Source: Antedon mediterranea
Lineage: Eukaryota; Animalia; Echinodermata
Assembly (NCBI RefSeq): GCF_964355755.1
Contig: NC_092676.1
Location: 8,967,888-9,031,887 of the forward strand
Length of the DNA: 64,000 nt
Reading direction: 5' to 3'
The notes beneath the pieces were generated by a model. It saw only the letters and a program-made list of their open reading frames with translations, made no database searches and was not told where the DNA came from. Position numbers and translations under genes: made by a program. Of this stretch, positions 41,274 to 55,522 are shown in pieces. Within the stretch, counting starts at the first letter, position 1, and every line of letters starts with the position of its first letter.

Positions 41274-41362
41274 GATATAGCGACTCCAGCTTTCCTTCTT
41301 TTCGCCTTCGAGTGTATACCTAACATATTCATTAAAGTTCGATTAAAGCGTTCAGGTTGTGC
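41274..41362 (-). mobile_element. Gypsy integrase core fragment
   Basis: Minus-strand translation with one frameshift: QPERFNRTLMNMLG/TLEGEKKESWSRYI, matching the ERFNRTL helix of Gypsy integrases. Confidence 0.7.
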
Positions 41363-42926
41363 TAGATTAAACTCACTCACTCTCTTAACTATCTTTTAAC
41401 TTCCCAGAGACGAGAAGTGTTTACACCTACTTGTTCATTCCTTGCAAGACATGCTTCCTGATGATGTCATCATCATGTCAACCCAATCACGTGTGTCCTC
41501 CGCAAGTAAAAACGCACTTGATGAACTAGAAAAGGAAATAACTACAAAACTTAAAATTCTAACCGCTCACAAATTTGATGACAAAGTGGAAGAAGTGAAA
41601 GATGATAAAGAAAAAAAAACAAAATCTGTAGAAGAGTGGAGGAAAGAGTTTAGACAAGACAAGAATATTTCTTACAAAAAACGCTGCTTGCTTATTTTTA
41701 TTGCTAAGGTCAAGTCTGGGGGGTCACTTCATCAAGCCTAGATACTTATCCTATTACAAAAAAAAACTTCAATGGACTGTTTTGATAATAATTCAATGAT
41801 TATCTGACAGTGAATTATAGTACCCATGTAATATCATGGGACTCATAAATACCAGAAATGCTTTGGGATTTGTTATTAGACTCTTTTCCCAGCCGTTTTT
41901 TTGGATTCAATACCTATAAATTATAGTCGAGTTTCCATTTTAACAAAAATGTCAAAGTGTAGTATTATACTGCTGCTTGATTTCATCTAATGAATGAGTT
42001 ATCTCGTATGACGTAGCGGGCTAGAGCAGCAGCGTGAAAAAACTTAAAGAAGCGGAATCTTAATAAAAGTGATTGTTGCAAAAAGTGTTGTATAGAAATA
42101 GAAAGTGAAAAACATATGTTGTACACCTGTAACAGCATTCAATCAGATTTGAGGAAGTTCCGTAAACTGATCGGTTAAATGTATTCCGACTAATGAAACA
42201 TTACGGTCAGGTTTCCCCGAATGGTAAGACATAATTATAGGAACTCAGAACACGCTTGTTAATGAACTCATCTCTTTATTTACATTTAGTATTTACAAAT
42301 CTTGCATTATTTATAAAACAAGCAAACGGATTATCACTTGGAATTTATTTAAGATAGAACTATTTAAAAAAATTTAATTAATAAAAGCAATATTATGTTC
42401 AAAATGTAAAACTATACAATTTTATAAAAGTACCCAAACAAAACATAATCTTATAATGCAATATACCATTTTATCATATTTATTTATATTATATCGAAAC
42501 TCTTTTTAATACTGAATATCAATCTTTATATCGTTTTAGCTCTGTAATATAAATTTTCTCTGTATACATGTTTGTTTTATCTAGACTTCAACACAATTTC
42601 AAAATATTTTACATAATCTTCCTCTGTCTGTGTAATATCACTTAAATATTCATTGATAAATAGATAGATAGACAGACATATATACTGTAACCTTCACCAT
42701 ATTGTTGTTTATCATTGCAATAAAAGTGGGTTGCCCCCACAAAGAGAAAAAAAATATATATTGCTGAAATTAAGCCTCAATAAATAATATTGTTGAGAAG
42801 AGGAACACATTTATACAGTATATAATTATATCCCATTTTCATGCATAAAGCAATAGTATCTGCCTCTGAAGCACCACCAACAAGATATTATTTTTCTTAA
42901 ATATATCCCATGTATAAGCAATATTA

Positions 42927-45900
42927 TTATCTATCTGCCTCCGACGTCTCCAAGCACCATGAACAAGCATTTTGGAACATCTTCATCCACGGTGACGCTT
43001 GTAATGTCTCCCGCCAATCTTGCGGCATCCATGGCCATTGCCACGTCAAAGTTGTACGCTCTGGATGAGGCATGATCGCCAGATGACGGCCATCTGCGGA
43101 GCAAATTGCCGCTACGCCATTGGGTGAGCCATTGGGGTTCAACGGGTATTCAGTTGTCACTTCTCCTTTGTCATCGACAAAGCGCACTGGTGCAAGATTT
43201 TCAGACAGAACTGTGTCTTTTGTTTCTTTGTTAGAAAACTTCATGTGCCCTAGAGAGAAACAATTTGAGTTGAGTAAATTTAATAACATTTTTAGTTAAA
43301 TTAAAATATAAGTTTGTACTAAGAATCCATCATTATCAAGAGGTATCAATATCTAACCTTCTCCATGCTGTGTCCAGACACCAAGCACAGAGCCTTCCAT
43401 TCCTTTCAGCATTAAAGCAGGGCTTTCATTAATCTTTACAGCAACAAAACGAGACTCAAAACGCTCGGAAAGATTATGAGCAAGATGGACTCCTTGCTGA
43501 GCTGATGCTGCGTCTAAAAGACAATAACAAATAATTCATAATAAACAGTCTGTCAACAAATGGATATCAAAAAGTAGTTCATATTTTCTTTTTACTTGTC
43601 AAAGAGGCATTACATGCTTTACACCGGTGTCCTACTACCACTACACTACTTACTAAATATACCTCATGATACCTTACCTGTAGTAAGCTCCTTGGTGACA
43701 TCTGGAGCAACCCAGCCTAGCAGGCCCATTAGTTGGCAGCCATTGCATACACCCAGTGAGAAAGTGTCTTTCCTTGCTCTAAATGCATCAAACTGAGCAC
43801 GCACAGCTGGGTTGAACAAAATAGTTGCTGCCCAACCTAAAATGATTAATAAACATTATTTAAATAAACTAGAATAAATATTTATTTAGGTTACTATCTG
43901 TCTAATACTAGTATAATACTTGGTTACTGCTCCCGCATGTATTTTTGCTATGCTACAAAAAGTGCAATCAGAAAAGTATACCTTTTGCAGAACCACAAAC
44001 GTCTGCAAAACTGAAGCCACCAACAAAAACTACTCCACGGAATTGATCGAGGGTGACTTTCCCGCAAGCTAAATCTTGCATATTGACGTCCCATGTTTCA
44101 AAGCCAGCCATGTGTAGTGTTGAACTCATCTCTCGATCTCCATTACTGCCTTCCTCACGGATCACAGCAACCTTTGGTTTCATTCCATCTATGGAAGGCC
44201 AATTATGATTATGTATATGGTAACTAATGAGCCAAATTTAACTCGTATTACTTTAACAAATTAAAATTCAGAACAAGATAATCAATATTCCAAAATTGGT
44301 TCTAACCTTTAGAGCATCCCTTTTTAACAGAATTCAAATTTGTTGCAACGGGGTCAAAGGTTAATTTAAATGGTGGTGCTGTTCTATTTGCTAAATTGCG
44401 TTGCTCCACTTCAACACACTCTGGATTTGCTTGTAGTTTTTCCAGTTGAAAACTAGTCTCTTCCCACACGTCTCTAAGAACAGTCATCTTTTCATTCAAG
44501 ACTTCTTTCTCATTTACCGAGATGACAACCTATAATTTACATGTAAAATATTCAGATTCATTCTAAAAACCATCATAAATGATAAATGATCGTAAATAAA
44601 TGTTCAAATATTGCTTCCATTTAAAAAAAACAAAAACTTACCATTGACCCTTGACCTGATCCACTAGAGTGACCAATTAGAGAACAAAGGACATTATTGT
44701 CACTGAACTGTCTACAAATGTCCTCACTAGCATTAGCTGTTACTTCTAACACCAGCCCTACTTCTTCAGCAAACAGAATATCAATTGCAGTTACTGAAAA
44801 TAAATATATAAAGTCTTACAATGTATTATTGCTTACCAGAGGTTCTGGAACTATATGAAAGATTAAAATGACACTTTACAGATCCATTCGAGGCATTTAT
44901 AGAGATAGCATAATGCTTACCATCAGGTTCGGAAAGTTTGACGTCAATACCACAATTCCCAGAAAACGCCATTTCTAATAATGTTGTTACAATACCGCCA
45001 TCACTAATATCATGACCAGCTGATATTTTTCTATCTACAAAAGGATACAAAAGACAAAGTTGAATTCATATCTCTAAAGCTCTGTCTACACTATCAAACT
45101 TTATGTGATGTGATATGCCCATATATGGACATGATATCATATCACTACCATTTTTGGGCATTTCACTACCCTATTTAGGCGCATCACATTTTTTTGTCAA
45201 ACTAGTTTCATAGTGTAGACAGCGCTTTATATTATAACTACAAGTAAATAAATTTATTGTAAACGTCTAATTAATAAGTCTATGAAAATGACTACCTTTG
45301 ATAAGATTTTGCGTTGTGTTGAAAGCCCTTACAAACGTTTCCGGTTCATCGAGATCAGGCGAGGATTGTCCGAGTTGATTATAGCACTGAGCGAGGGCAC
45401 TACCACCTAACCGGTTATGCCTTTTACCAAATGAAACCCAGAGCAAAGTCCCTGAAATAGAATATGTAAAGTCTTGTTTATAAATATATTATATTTTTTG
45501 TTTGTTTAGGTAGTTAATTTAATTGTACCTAACAAAATGTGCAATGTTATATTCACTTTACCTTTACTGTCTGGACATTTAAGGTCAGGGGTCACAGTTG
45601 CAGTAATATCTGGGCATGCCACATACACAGACACAACCAATGCACCTAAAAAATTGTAATTGATATTTCATTATTAGTAAGTAAATGGAGTAAAGAAGTG
45701 TATTAGTGTATTCAAGCTTAACTTATTAAAATAATTCACAAGATTGTACATCAGACTCTATACTAGTTATTAACAAGCATGAAATGTCTAACCTGGAGCT
45801 TTGATCGTTTCAGAGCCTATCCTGGCAGCCATACTCAAAGAGTCCTTCCCACCATCCACAGCAACACCCAACTTGCCCATCACCTCGCACATAGCCTCGC

Positions 45901-48900
45901 ATGCATCATACAATGCAGCACCCTCACCAGGAAGCTTCGCTGGCCACATCCAGTTACCGCTACATTTGACATCTTTAAGATCGGAGACCCTAGCAAACAC
46001 AAGATTGGTAAGGGCTTCTCCTACAGACATCCTGGCACCACATCCAGGATCGACTAACCCTTTAATAGGCTGCTCTCCAATGGCTGTAGCTGAGCCTACA
46101 GTTTCAAAGTGGGAGAGTGCGGTAACAGCAACATCAGCGAGTGGTGTGTGCAGGGGGCCTACACATTGCTGCTGGGCTATCAGGCCAGTGACAGCACGAT
46201 CAACCTAACAGAAACAATATATCCTGGTTATACACTTTCCATATTCCTTCACACAAATAAATTATGCAATATTAAAGATAAACAGATCTTTACCTTATTA
46301 GTCAAAAATCTTTTACTGGCTACTGAAGGTAGACGCAGAACACGGTCGAGTGCACATCGGACAGTCAACCCATCAGGTAGTGTTAACTGCTTAAGTTTTG
46401 GTTTACATCGATCATACTTGAAAACCTGAGAGAAAAAAAAATATAATTCTATATAATTTTACAGACAGAAAGAGACACTATTATTATAACACATAATTAT
46501 TTTCAATGGTTATTTATGATGAAATCTGTGAGATTGAGAAAAAGTGACCTCAGCTGAGATTTGAACCTGGAATCTTCTGCTTGATATGCAGACATCCTAC
46601 CATTACACCACTGATGCATTCATGGTATGGTTCAAACTTATTACCGACACTACTCTACTATCAAGTCTCCATCATACCTTTTGCGGCATCTTTCCAAGAA
46701 CCCATTCAAGTTGGAGATCAACTGGATAAGTAAGTGCTGTTCTTTTTATGCTTGGAGGTTGTGCATCACCCTTACCAGCTTCCACTTTCTTTTCCACCTC
46801 AAGACGAATCTGAAACAAAACAAAATATTTTTGTATTGCAAAACTCTTATGCACTCTATCTGTGCATGAAAAGGTATTCTTCAAAATTAGTAACACTGTA
46901 GTATTTAAATGTGTTTTTTCATACTTATCCCACAGTAAGCACAAACTTGCCAATTACAGGATGGATAAAATATTTAATAGTTTATCGTGCTTATAAACTA
47001 AGTTTTATTTCAGGCTTAGGGAGTGAAGTTGAAAGAGTCGTGAGTTACAACCCTTGACCTTGATTGAACCCTTGACCTTGGAATTGGAAGACAAGCATGT
47101 TAAACCACCAAGCAACAGCTCCACTAAAAAAATTTTGAATAAAGTAGGTAAAAAAATCATCCAAATATTACCTTCCCATCACCTGTAATGTCACCAACAA
47201 AAACAGCTGGACATTTCTCTCTGTCACAAATATCTTGAAGTTTTTCTTGATCCTCAGATCGTATTAGTATGGCATTGGACTCCTGGTATTCTGCACCCCA
47301 TAGTTCTAAGGTGTTGATGGTTGGATCACCTAGTTGGAATTCCTTAGCTTTTATTAGAGCACCTGCAGGTTCACATATCTCCTTTAAAACATTACCTGTA
47401 CACAAAAAAATGATTTAATTGGTCAGATGTTAGCCATAGTTTGACATAAAAATAAGTACATTTGTCTGACAAAGTGTCCCCTTAATAGGGATGTCCCAAA
47501 TGAGGGGTGCTACTGTACTTAGTAAAATAATAAAAATAAGCACATTGCATGCAAACTCACCATTGCCTCCAGCTCCTTGATCATGTATACTACATATAGG
47601 GTTTGTATCAACCATCTCAATGCACGCCCTTATAACTCGGTTTAGTTTCTGTTCCATCTCCGCATCACCGCGCTGCACGGCTTCGAAGTCCAGTTTTTCT
47701 GTATTGTCACCTTGAACTTGAATGGAAGATGCAGCGCCCCCACCGACTCCGATGCGATAGATTGGTCCACCAAGTTTTACAATTTTCATTCCTGCATGGT
47801 AAACAATTATTCATCAGTCAATAATTAGTTTTCAATGGAGAAATAAAAACAAAATATTTTATCAGGTTACTATAATCTTATTTTATATGACAGACATATA
47901 ATATCTATGTGGAGACAACAATAATAAGAAGTACAGTATTTTTTATGGTGTTGTATTTAGTTTGTTTAACAAACCTTTTTCTGCTTCGTCTTTAGTCGCA
48001 TGCATACTCTCAAGCATCCCAATACCCCCGCTGAACATAATGGGCTTGACCCACTCTCTTCTGTCGCTCTCAGAAAGCATCATGCCAAATGAACGAGAGA
48101 AACCGGTTAGAACGGGTTCACCAAACTTGTTGCCGTAGTCAGATGCACCGTTGCTGGCCTCTACAGCAACCGACAGAGCAGGCGCCATGTTGCTAGGATA
48201 AACCATATTTTTGTCCTCCCATGGAAGGTCATACCCTGTTTAAACAAATGTTCAATCAATGATAATAAATAATTAATTACACTGAATATATAACATTTAT
48301 AAAAAGCAAAATTATGTAATTAAACAAGCAATTATGCCTGTTCACTGCATGCGTTACTTAATATCTTTCATCCCATACTCTATTTATACATATAAGTGCC
48401 AGTAAATGAATATCTTTTAATTGTTGTTACTTTGCAAATCTTTGATAAGGTTTATCCTTTATATCTGTATATTTGTTATGTTTTATTTTCTGTTATATTT
48501 GTATTTATTTTGATTTTTGAGCGAGTAAAGTCTGACATCAATTTTCATAAGGACTACAAAATCTAATTTTTAGATTTATATAATTTACCTGGAATGTTCA
48601 AATTTCCAAAACAGTAGCCTGCAGTGCCAGCCACTACATGTGCCCCCTTCCCTGCAGCCTGAACATCACGTATCCTACCCCCAGTACCAGTTGTAGCCCC
48701 TGGGAAAGGTGCAACCCCAGTTGGAAAGTTATGGGTCTCTGCTGTGAAGATGATATGCCTGAGTGGTTCAGATTCCTCCATCACACTTGCTGACCCGGGA
48801 TTGGCTGGTTTGAGAACTTTGACCTTATGGCCTTTGATTGCACTGAAAATCAAGTAAAGTCATCAAAGTGAGAAAAAACAGACAACATTTAAAGCTCTGT

Positions 48901-51647
48901 CTGTCCCCAAATATGGTAGTGATATGACATCATCATATCCATATATGGGCACATCACATTTTTTTACATAAAAGTTGATAGTGTAGACAGAGCTTTAGGC
49001 AATACTTTGTGGTTCAACAAAATGTGAATAAATATCATTTACGATGGAAATTATGCCTGTAGTATTTTATGGGCTATTTCATGACACCTTCTAGAACTAA
49101 TAATTTCAGGTATAATGCCTAATTCTGTCCAGCACAACAAGATTTATACAAGAGTCATAGACACCATTCCAGTGAACTATATCAGGATTCGATTCGGAAA
49201 ATATGGATATAAATATAAAAGCCACGTAAAATGTTAAGATACCTGCTGTTATCCGAGAATTTAATGACGTTGTTATCATTGCTGGTAGCTTGCGTTGACA
49301 TCACCATCTTGAATAAAGAATGATCTTTTTCTTCTCCATCGATTACCATCTTACCCTTAAAAAACCAATGACGACTATGCTCACTAGAAAGAAGACAGAA
49401 AGCAAGAAAAAACCATTTGTAGGAATATTTTCAGGAATTTCTAAATACAGTAATGAAAGCTGAGAAATGTTGCATAGATGAACAGAATTTAAGTAAAGAA
49501 TGGTCTATGTCTTAGGATTATCCATGGTTACAAATACTATTTTACTTTATTTTAGGCTAGAAGGCAATAGACAATGCCACAATTGTTTTTCACCTGTTTT
49601 TTTTTTAGGTATATATTGAGGCAGATGGTATCTTTGTTCTTTTTGACTGTTTTACTTCATTTACTTTATTTTTACCTCATTTTGATTTAGCTATTTAGCA
49701 TATTCTATTTATATCTCTATCCAATCACTGATAAACTCACAGCATTGCAATACTGTATTTTCAATAATTTAGGTTTGTATTAAATAAAGATATTACTTTT
49801 ACAAGACAGTAAAGAATGTAAATAAATATTCATGACCATCATTCACAGATGGTAAAACTTCATGCGACTAAAACTAAAGTGCTTTGTACCTGTTAGACTG
49901 AGCCAAGTCAAAGAGTTCAACACTTGTTGGATTCCGTTTAACCTTTTCAATAAACATGTTGGTGTAAAAGTCTATGTCCCACGTATCAAAGGCAAGTCCT
50001 GCAGTAAAGAATAATACAAAATGTTTATAATGCAATATTAATAATAGAAATTTTCATCAACCATTTATTGGTCATGATAAGCTTTGGTTTATAAATTCAA
50101 TAACAATGAATTCTTAAATGAACAATGTATCCACAGACCGATTAAATAATTACTGTACAGTAATATTAACTGGTTACTAGAACACACTTAAAAGAATATG
50201 AAATCATGTTGGATGTTAAGCTAAATGTAATGTTAAAGACCTATTCCCTACAATTTTTGCCTTGTCTTTTCTGTTTTATGGTAAATTATGATAAAAAGAA
50301 AGAAACAATACACATGCACAATGCATGTTATGATTTATAGAAAGTCTCTAAATGATTAGAATCAACTTATTTTTCAAATTTTTAACAGTTTTAAAGACGA
50401 AAAAGTTATCGCATACATATTTATTTTTACATTAAATGTAGTTTGTGACCTATAATTAGATCTAAAAACGTAGGAAATGGGACTTTAATCATAATATAAT
50501 GATATACAGTATCAACACAAAGTTACCTATATTAATTTTAAAGTTAAGTTAATAATAGAAAAAACTGAAATAGAATTAAAAAACACAGGAGTTTAACACA
50601 GTTCAAAGATCATCTATACTTGGGAAACATGATTGAGAGTACTACAATCACCTAATTCTTTGTTTGCCTTTTCCAGAGCAACTTTTCCTTCACCTATAAC
50701 ATCAATTTCAAAGACTTCTTCTGGTTTAGCTTTAATTTCAAAGCTGCTGATTGGTTCGTGGTAGCGACATTCCGTCATACGATCGTGAAGTACGGCTACC
50801 AGTAGCTTCTCTTCCTCGGGGCTGATAGACGCAGCAATGCCATGATCGTCGGCTACGTTTATAAGATAGCGAATAGAACGCTCAATACGAGTCACATGGT
50901 TGATTCCAGCCGATTGGCAGATTGAGACGGCATTTGTTGACCAGGCCGTAGAGAAGTTCAACCTGTGTGTATAAAAATTAAACTTATTATATCATATACA
51001 GTAGATAGTGTAATGTAATGTCCATGATATTAAATATACAGTCAACATATTCTGCCATGCATGTTTATGCCCACCTTTCTTAATTTATGCCTATTACCTT
51101 ATTGAACAACAAAAATTATGACTTTTACTTTTTCAGATATTACCTACCGAATAACAAAACATACAGTATTATTTATTAATACTTATTCTCAACTGAAACC
51201 GACACTAACACTGTACGACTAGACAAGAAGGGTAATTTGTTAATTAAAAAACATTTTCTGACCTAGGCCCAATTTCAATCAGAAGTCCATCAGGTTCTTG
51301 ATCATCTTCAACTATGATTGACTTGGTCAGCAGACTAAATTCTTCAAAAGGGGTACCTAAGATCCATTGTATTTTCTTCTGTTCTTCACCACTGAGGCAA
51401 TCTATGAAAATAATACACAGTTTAATTGACATTTTCAAAATAATATTAGTTTGGCAAAACAATTTATTAAAATTTAAATTAGAAAGGAAGAGTACCTACC
51501 TCCGTTTACTTCCACATTAAAACAAATTTCCGTTTTTAAATCTTGCAATTTAGAATTTTCCAACTGCTTTGCTAATTTCTTCCACAAAACATTTGAAGCC
51601 CCTGGGAGTAATGCCGGACTTTTATAAAACCGAGTAATGATAGTCAT
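42927..51647 (-). CDS. PFAS: Phosphoribosylformylglycinamidine synthase, right copy, apparently intact
   Basis: Same exon set. Exon 3 is open ([31 protein letters not shown]). ATG at 51647 is preceded by a splice-acceptor-like TTTTTTTAAAG. Catalytic Cys and His-Glu motifs are intact. Not every junction was checked. Confidence 0.93.
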
Positions 51648-51757
51648 ATTCTTTAAAAAAATAAATTATTAAATATTAGATCTATATTATTTTATATATT
51701 ATTATTTATTATTATTGATGTTTACACTAAAAAAGTATAACTATAAAGTATATGACT

Positions 51758-54700
51758 TATAATAATAATAATAATAAGCTTTATTTAATCACGGATACTT
51801 AACTTCAACTGAAAGTTGTTTTTCAGTAAGACCGTGTTTAAAGGAAAACACCAACAAAAATAAATGTAAAAAGACCTTAATTACTATCAAAAGAGATAAA
51901 AAAAAAAAAAAACAATTACAATGAAATAAAATGAACCAAGGGTACACTTACTAACTATAAAATTAAATAATACAGTACATTTAAATAAAGCTACATGAAA
52001 TTAGCAGTTAACAGTTTCTTAAAAAGAGAGACACTGTTCACATTTTTAATATCTTCATTTAGCTCATTCCTAACCTTGGCACCTCTATATGATAAGCTAC
52101 GTTTTTGGTTTTGGTACTATTAAATTTGGCTTAGTTCTAATATTATAGTAATTGTTTTTGATATTGAATTTATTTTTATTAAATATGGAGGTGCAAGGTT
52201 GTTCATAATCTTAAACATAACAATAGCTTCATTTACATATAATATTTCATCTAAGTTCATCCAATTTAGACTTTGTAGAGCTTGAGTACTAGAGTGATCT
52301 GTAATTCGCGTAGCTTCAGAGTCGATGTGGCAAGGTTAGATGGTGGTTGTTGTACGGTATCACCAAGCACATCAAACGTGTTACTTGAGATTGTGCTAAT
52401 GCCATTTTGTTTACAGTATAGATTAGGTTTAGATACAAACTTTTTGGGTATTGCTAAACTGCGCAAACACTGCGCAAACAACAACAAAAGCTGCGCAAAC
52501 CTCCTTCAAAACAATTATTATTGATTAGAACACAACTAGAACTACATAGGGAGACAATTTATGGGAAAAAGAATTTAAAATTCCTTTAAGTTTGCCTTTT
52601 TTTGGGTGAAAAACTTCAATTTTTGGGAAAATTACTGATTTAACAGCGCAAAGAACAAAAAAAGCTGCGCAAACCTCTTTCAAAACAATTAATATTGATA
52701 GAACACAACTAGAACTATATAGTGAGACAATTTATGGAGAAAAAAATTGAAATTCCTTTAAGTTTGCCTTTTTTTGGGTGAAAAACTTCAATTTTTGGGA
52801 AAATTACTGATTTCACAGCGCAAACAACAAAAAAAGCTGCGCAAACCTCCTTTAAATCAATTAATATTGATTAGATAACAACTAGAACTATATAGGGAGA
52901 CAATTTATGGGAAAACAAATTTGAATTTCCTTTGAGTTTGCCTTTTTTTGGGTGAAAAACTTCAATTTTTGGGAAAATTACTGATTTCACAGCGCAAACC
53001 CCCAAAAAAGCTGCGCAAACCTCCTTCAAAACAATTAATATTGATAGAACACAACTAGAACTATATAGGGAGACAATTTATGGAGAAAAAATTTGAAATT
53101 CCTTTAAGTTTGCCTTTTTTTGGGTGAAAAACTTCAATTTTTGGGAAAATTACTGATTTAACAGCGCAAAGAACAAAAAAAGCTGCGCAAACCTCTTTCA
53201 AAACAATTAATATTGATAGAACACAACTAGAACTATATAGTGAGACAATTTATGGGGAAAAAAATTGAAATTCCTTTAAGTTTGCCTTTTTTTGGGTGAA
53301 AAACTTCAATTTTTGGGAAAATTACTGATTTCACAGCGCAAACAACAAAAAAAGCTGCGCAAACCTCCTTTAAATCAATTAATATTGATTAGATAACAAC
53401 TAGAACTATATAGGGAGACAATTTATAGGAAAACAAATTTGAATTTCCTTTGAGTTTGCCTTTTTTTGGGTGAAAAACTTCAATTTTTGGGAAAATTACC
53501 GATTTCACAGCGCAAACCCCCAAAAAAGCTGCGCAAACCTCCTTCAAAACAATTAATATTGATAGAACACAACTAGAACTATATAAGGAGACAATTTATG
53601 GGGAAAAAATTTGAAATTCCTTTAAGTTTGCCTTTTTTTGGGTGAAAAACTTCAATTTTTGGGAAAATTACTGATTTCACAGCACAAACAACAAAAAAAG
53701 CTGCAAAACCTCCTTCAAAACAATTAATATTGATAGAACACAACTAGAACTATAATTATAGGGAGACAATATATGGGAAAAAAATTGAAATTCCTTTAAG
53801 TTTGCTTTTTTTTGGGTGAAAAACTTCAATTTTTGGGAAAATTACTTATTTCACAGCGCAAAAAAAAAAAAAAAAGCTGCGCAAACCTCCTTTAAATCAA
53901 TTAATATTGATAGATAACAACTAAACTATATAGGGAGACAATTTATGGGAAAAAAATTGAAATTCCTTTAAGTTTGCCTTTTTTTGGGTGAAAAACTTCA
54001 ATTTTTGGGAAAATTACTTATTTCACAGCGCAAAAAAAAAAAAAAAAGCTGTGCAAACCTCCTTTAAATCAATTAATATTGATAGATAACAACTAAACTA
54101 TATAGGGAGACAATTTATGGGAAAACAAATTTGAAATTCCTTTAAGTTTGCCTTTTTTTGGGTTAAAAACTATTAATGTTAAGTAAACTTAAAGGAATTT
54201 CAAATTTGTCTTCCCATAAATTGTCTCCCTATAGAGTTCTAGTTGTGTTCTATCAATATTAATTGATTTAAAGGAGGTTTGCGCAGCTTTTTTTGTTGTT
54301 TGCGCTGTGAAATCAATAATTTTCCCAAAAATTGAAGTTTTTCACCCAAAAAAAAGAAAACTTAAAGGAATTTCAAATTTGTTTTCCCATAAATTGTCTC
54401 CTTATATAGTTCTAGTTGTTATCTAATCAATATTAATTGATTTAAAGGAGGTTTGCGCAGCTTTTTTTTTAGGTTTGCGCTGTGAAATCAGTAATTTTCC
54501 CAAAAATTGAAGTTTTTTACCCAAAAAAAGGCAAACTTAAAGGAATTTTAAATTTTTTCCCCATAAATTGTCTCCCTATATAGGTCTAGTTGTGTTTTAA
54601 TCAATATTAATTGATTTAAAGGAGGTTTGCGCAGCTTTTTTTGGAGGTTTGCGCTGGGAAATCAGTAATTTTCCCAAAAATTGAAGTTTTTCACCCAAAA

Positions 54701-55522
54701 AAAGTAAAACTTAAAGGAATTTTATATTTTTTCCTCATAAATCGTCTCCCTATATAGGTCTAGTTGTGTTTTAATCAATATTAATTTTTTTGTTGTTTGC
54801 GCAGTGTTTGCGCAGTTTAGCAATACCCAACTTTTTAGGTAGTTCAAATTCAGGTTCACTTGCAATATTCTGTAAACTAAGAATTTGTTGCTCAAGAGAC
54901 CAGTTTCTTTCACTCATTTCTTTAAAAGCTTTACTAAGGTGAACAAAATTTGAATGGATTTCTTGAATTAGTGTAGCTAATTCAGAAACTTTCTCATCAG
55001 TTTGCTTTATTTTCAGCTTTAGTGATGGGATATGGTCCCATTATTTAGGTGTTTGAGTTGAACAATCAATTGCTTTCACAAACTCAGAGGATTTACAATT
55101 CTGACTGTATTCGTTGAGTGTTATTTCTTCAATTAACGGCGCTGTTCCAATATTTAGCTCGTCTTTTTTTATTTCCTTTCATAATCATAGCTTAATTTTC
55201 TGAATAGATCAATATTATCAGGAGTCGATGTTTCAAATGCAAGCCTATCAAAATGACTTCTAAGTTCATCATATGCAAAGCCATAAAAGCTAGAGTTTGT
55301 TATATCTAGAATGCTTGGAGCTTTTATATGACCATAGCTAGGCCACTAGTTTTCCATTGTTAGCTTTATTTGAAATTGGGCGGAAAAAGCTTGTGTACTT
55401 ACTTGAACAATAGAAAGCTGGTGCATCAATTGTTCTTGCTTGAGCCTAAGATCCTCAACATGAAAAAACACTTAATATCCTGCTTATAATATTGACTTTG
55501 ACAATAAAAATTACATCTCCAT
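51758..55522 (-). mobile_element. CR1/L2-group LINE remnant interrupted by the foldback element
   Basis: 3' end matches 38680 onward, with a 1.4-kb internal deletion at 52320. ORF1 reads through the foldback site (PEFELPKK|FVSKPNL) once the insertion is removed. Confidence 0.75.
52446..54828. mobile_element. Foldback transposon made of ~173-bp tandem repeats (~10 forward, ~3.5 inverted)
   Basis: Termini GGGTATTGCTAAACTGCGCAAACACTGCGC and their reverse complement. 8-bp TSD AACTTTTT (52438-52445, 54829-54836). Orientation flips at ~54175. Confidence 0.92.

Noticed and set aside
41442-41741. 99-aa lysine/glutamate-rich ORF between the PFAS copies
   Set aside because: No recognisable domain, TTG start, and adjacent to retroelement debris.
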